A stretch of DNA of 64,000 nucleotides from the human T2T-CHM13v2.0 reference genome, Homo sapiens, in the NCBI RefSeq assembly GCF_009914755.1, contig NC_060927.1; one strand, 5' to 3'. Numbering within the stretch: the stretch's first letter is position 1; each line of letters starts with the position of its first letter. The notes beneath the pieces were generated by a model. It did not search any database, was not told where the DNA came from, and was given only the letters and a program-made list of their open reading frames with translations. Made by a program: the position numbers and the translations under genes. Positions 62,853 to 64,000 of this stretch are shown one piece after another.

Positions 62853-63420
62853 AAACTTATTATCAGGTATATTTAACTAAAATATAGCTAGCCCTAGCAA
62901 TCTTTGATGTAGTGTTCCCATTTAAAATAAATGTGTTTAAATGCAACTGGATGCTCAATTGGGAATTTCAATGGAAATGTCCAAATCCAATAGATGCCAC
63001 ACCTCAAGGTGTTGAGAGGCCGGATGCAGAATTCACAAAGAAGATGGCTTGCAACAAGAGTAAGAGTCGAGTGGAGAGAGACCGTTTCTGAAGAAGGATG
63101 TTGAGCAGAGAGTGGCTTGTGTGCTGGGAGGGCTGAGGGGAGTGGATGAAGGGGAGTGTGCCCCTCACCTCTTACTCAGTGGGAGGGGCTCTGGGGAGGA
63201 CCTTCAGCAGGATGTGGGGTGTACCTCTGAGTTTGGGGGACACAAGGGCTGGTAGGTGATACATAGCTGAGGACTAGGGCAGCAGGTGGTTGTGGCTCTT
63301 GAGCTTCAGGGCTGAGAGAAAAAAGACCCATATTGGGAGAAAGGGCGGATCCAGGTTCTGTGGAGCCTGCAGCGTACACAATCTGGGATCCCCTTGCTAT
63401 GGACGTGAATATCAAATTAC

Positions 63421-63848
63421 CATGGAAGCACCTGGTGGGGCCCTCAGGATCTGGGAAGGGGCCCGGGCAAGTCATAGCTCTGAAGCCGAAGCTGCACCGG
63501 CTGCATGGCACATGACCTCTGCGTGGACAGCAGCTACACCAGAAACCAGGACAATGTGAAGGGGGAAGAGTAGGTTGTGCGCTTGATGTGGCCACATGGG
63601 AGAGAGAAACAGCCAGGACTGTTCTTCATCCTGCCCAACGGGGGCGGTAGGACTCCAACAGAGAAGGTCCATGCTGAGAGAAGGGCAAACCAGAGGAACG
63701 GGGCTGCCAGGATCCCAGAAAAGCCTGCGCCAGAAGGAGCCCAGATAACTGGGAGATAGCCTCTGAGCAGAGCACTAGTCACAGGTGAACACTCCTGTTG
63801 CCTTAGGTCTCCTCTGCTCCAGAGTGGGGCAAGAAGAGAGAAATGTAC
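63421..63848 (-). pseudogene. Two spectrin-like exon remnants (63421-63533; ~63725-63848)
   Basis: ctttag|(R)YISLFL/LEQRR..; ggtgtag|AVHAEVMCHAA..SQIL..|GTAATT. Confidence 0.52.
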
Positions 63849-64000
63849 CTAAAGAAGGACTATCTCACCTCCCGCCATAAACCACCAACCCTCGGTGGCA
63901 CTCAGGAGGGGAGAGGACACATTTTTCAATGACTTGGACTTGGACACTCTCAATTACTGAAACGTGACTTAAAGTGACCACAGGACTCTTTTTAATCACC

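Overview
Human genomic DNA, not prokaryotic: it carries a human-specific AluYb8 and two SVAs. There is one intact gene, the minus-strand, 3-exon proline-rich PRR20G (210 aa; from memory chr3q21.3), with a readable TATA/E-box/GC-box promoter and a polyA signal. The rest looks like repeat-rich intergenic DNA: Alu, L1, L2/MIR, MaLR/ERVL LTRs, DNA transposons, 50-bp and 36-bp VNTRs, a 1.6-kb AT-rich tract and a CpG island. The main discovery is a series of about 20 minus-strand segments from ~25.7 kb to the window end, most bounded by splice-site-like motifs. When translated through stops and frameshifts they give spectrin-repeat motifs (W..L......R...L[EQ]; F......L..WL...E). I infer a heavily decayed, large, multi-exon nesprin/dystrophin/plakin-like pseudogene, with several transposons inserted into its former exons. 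A weaker second set of phase-compatible plus-strand exon-like remnants lies at ~29.4-33.3 kb, inside one of its introns. All protein-family calls come from manual reading; no database searches were run.
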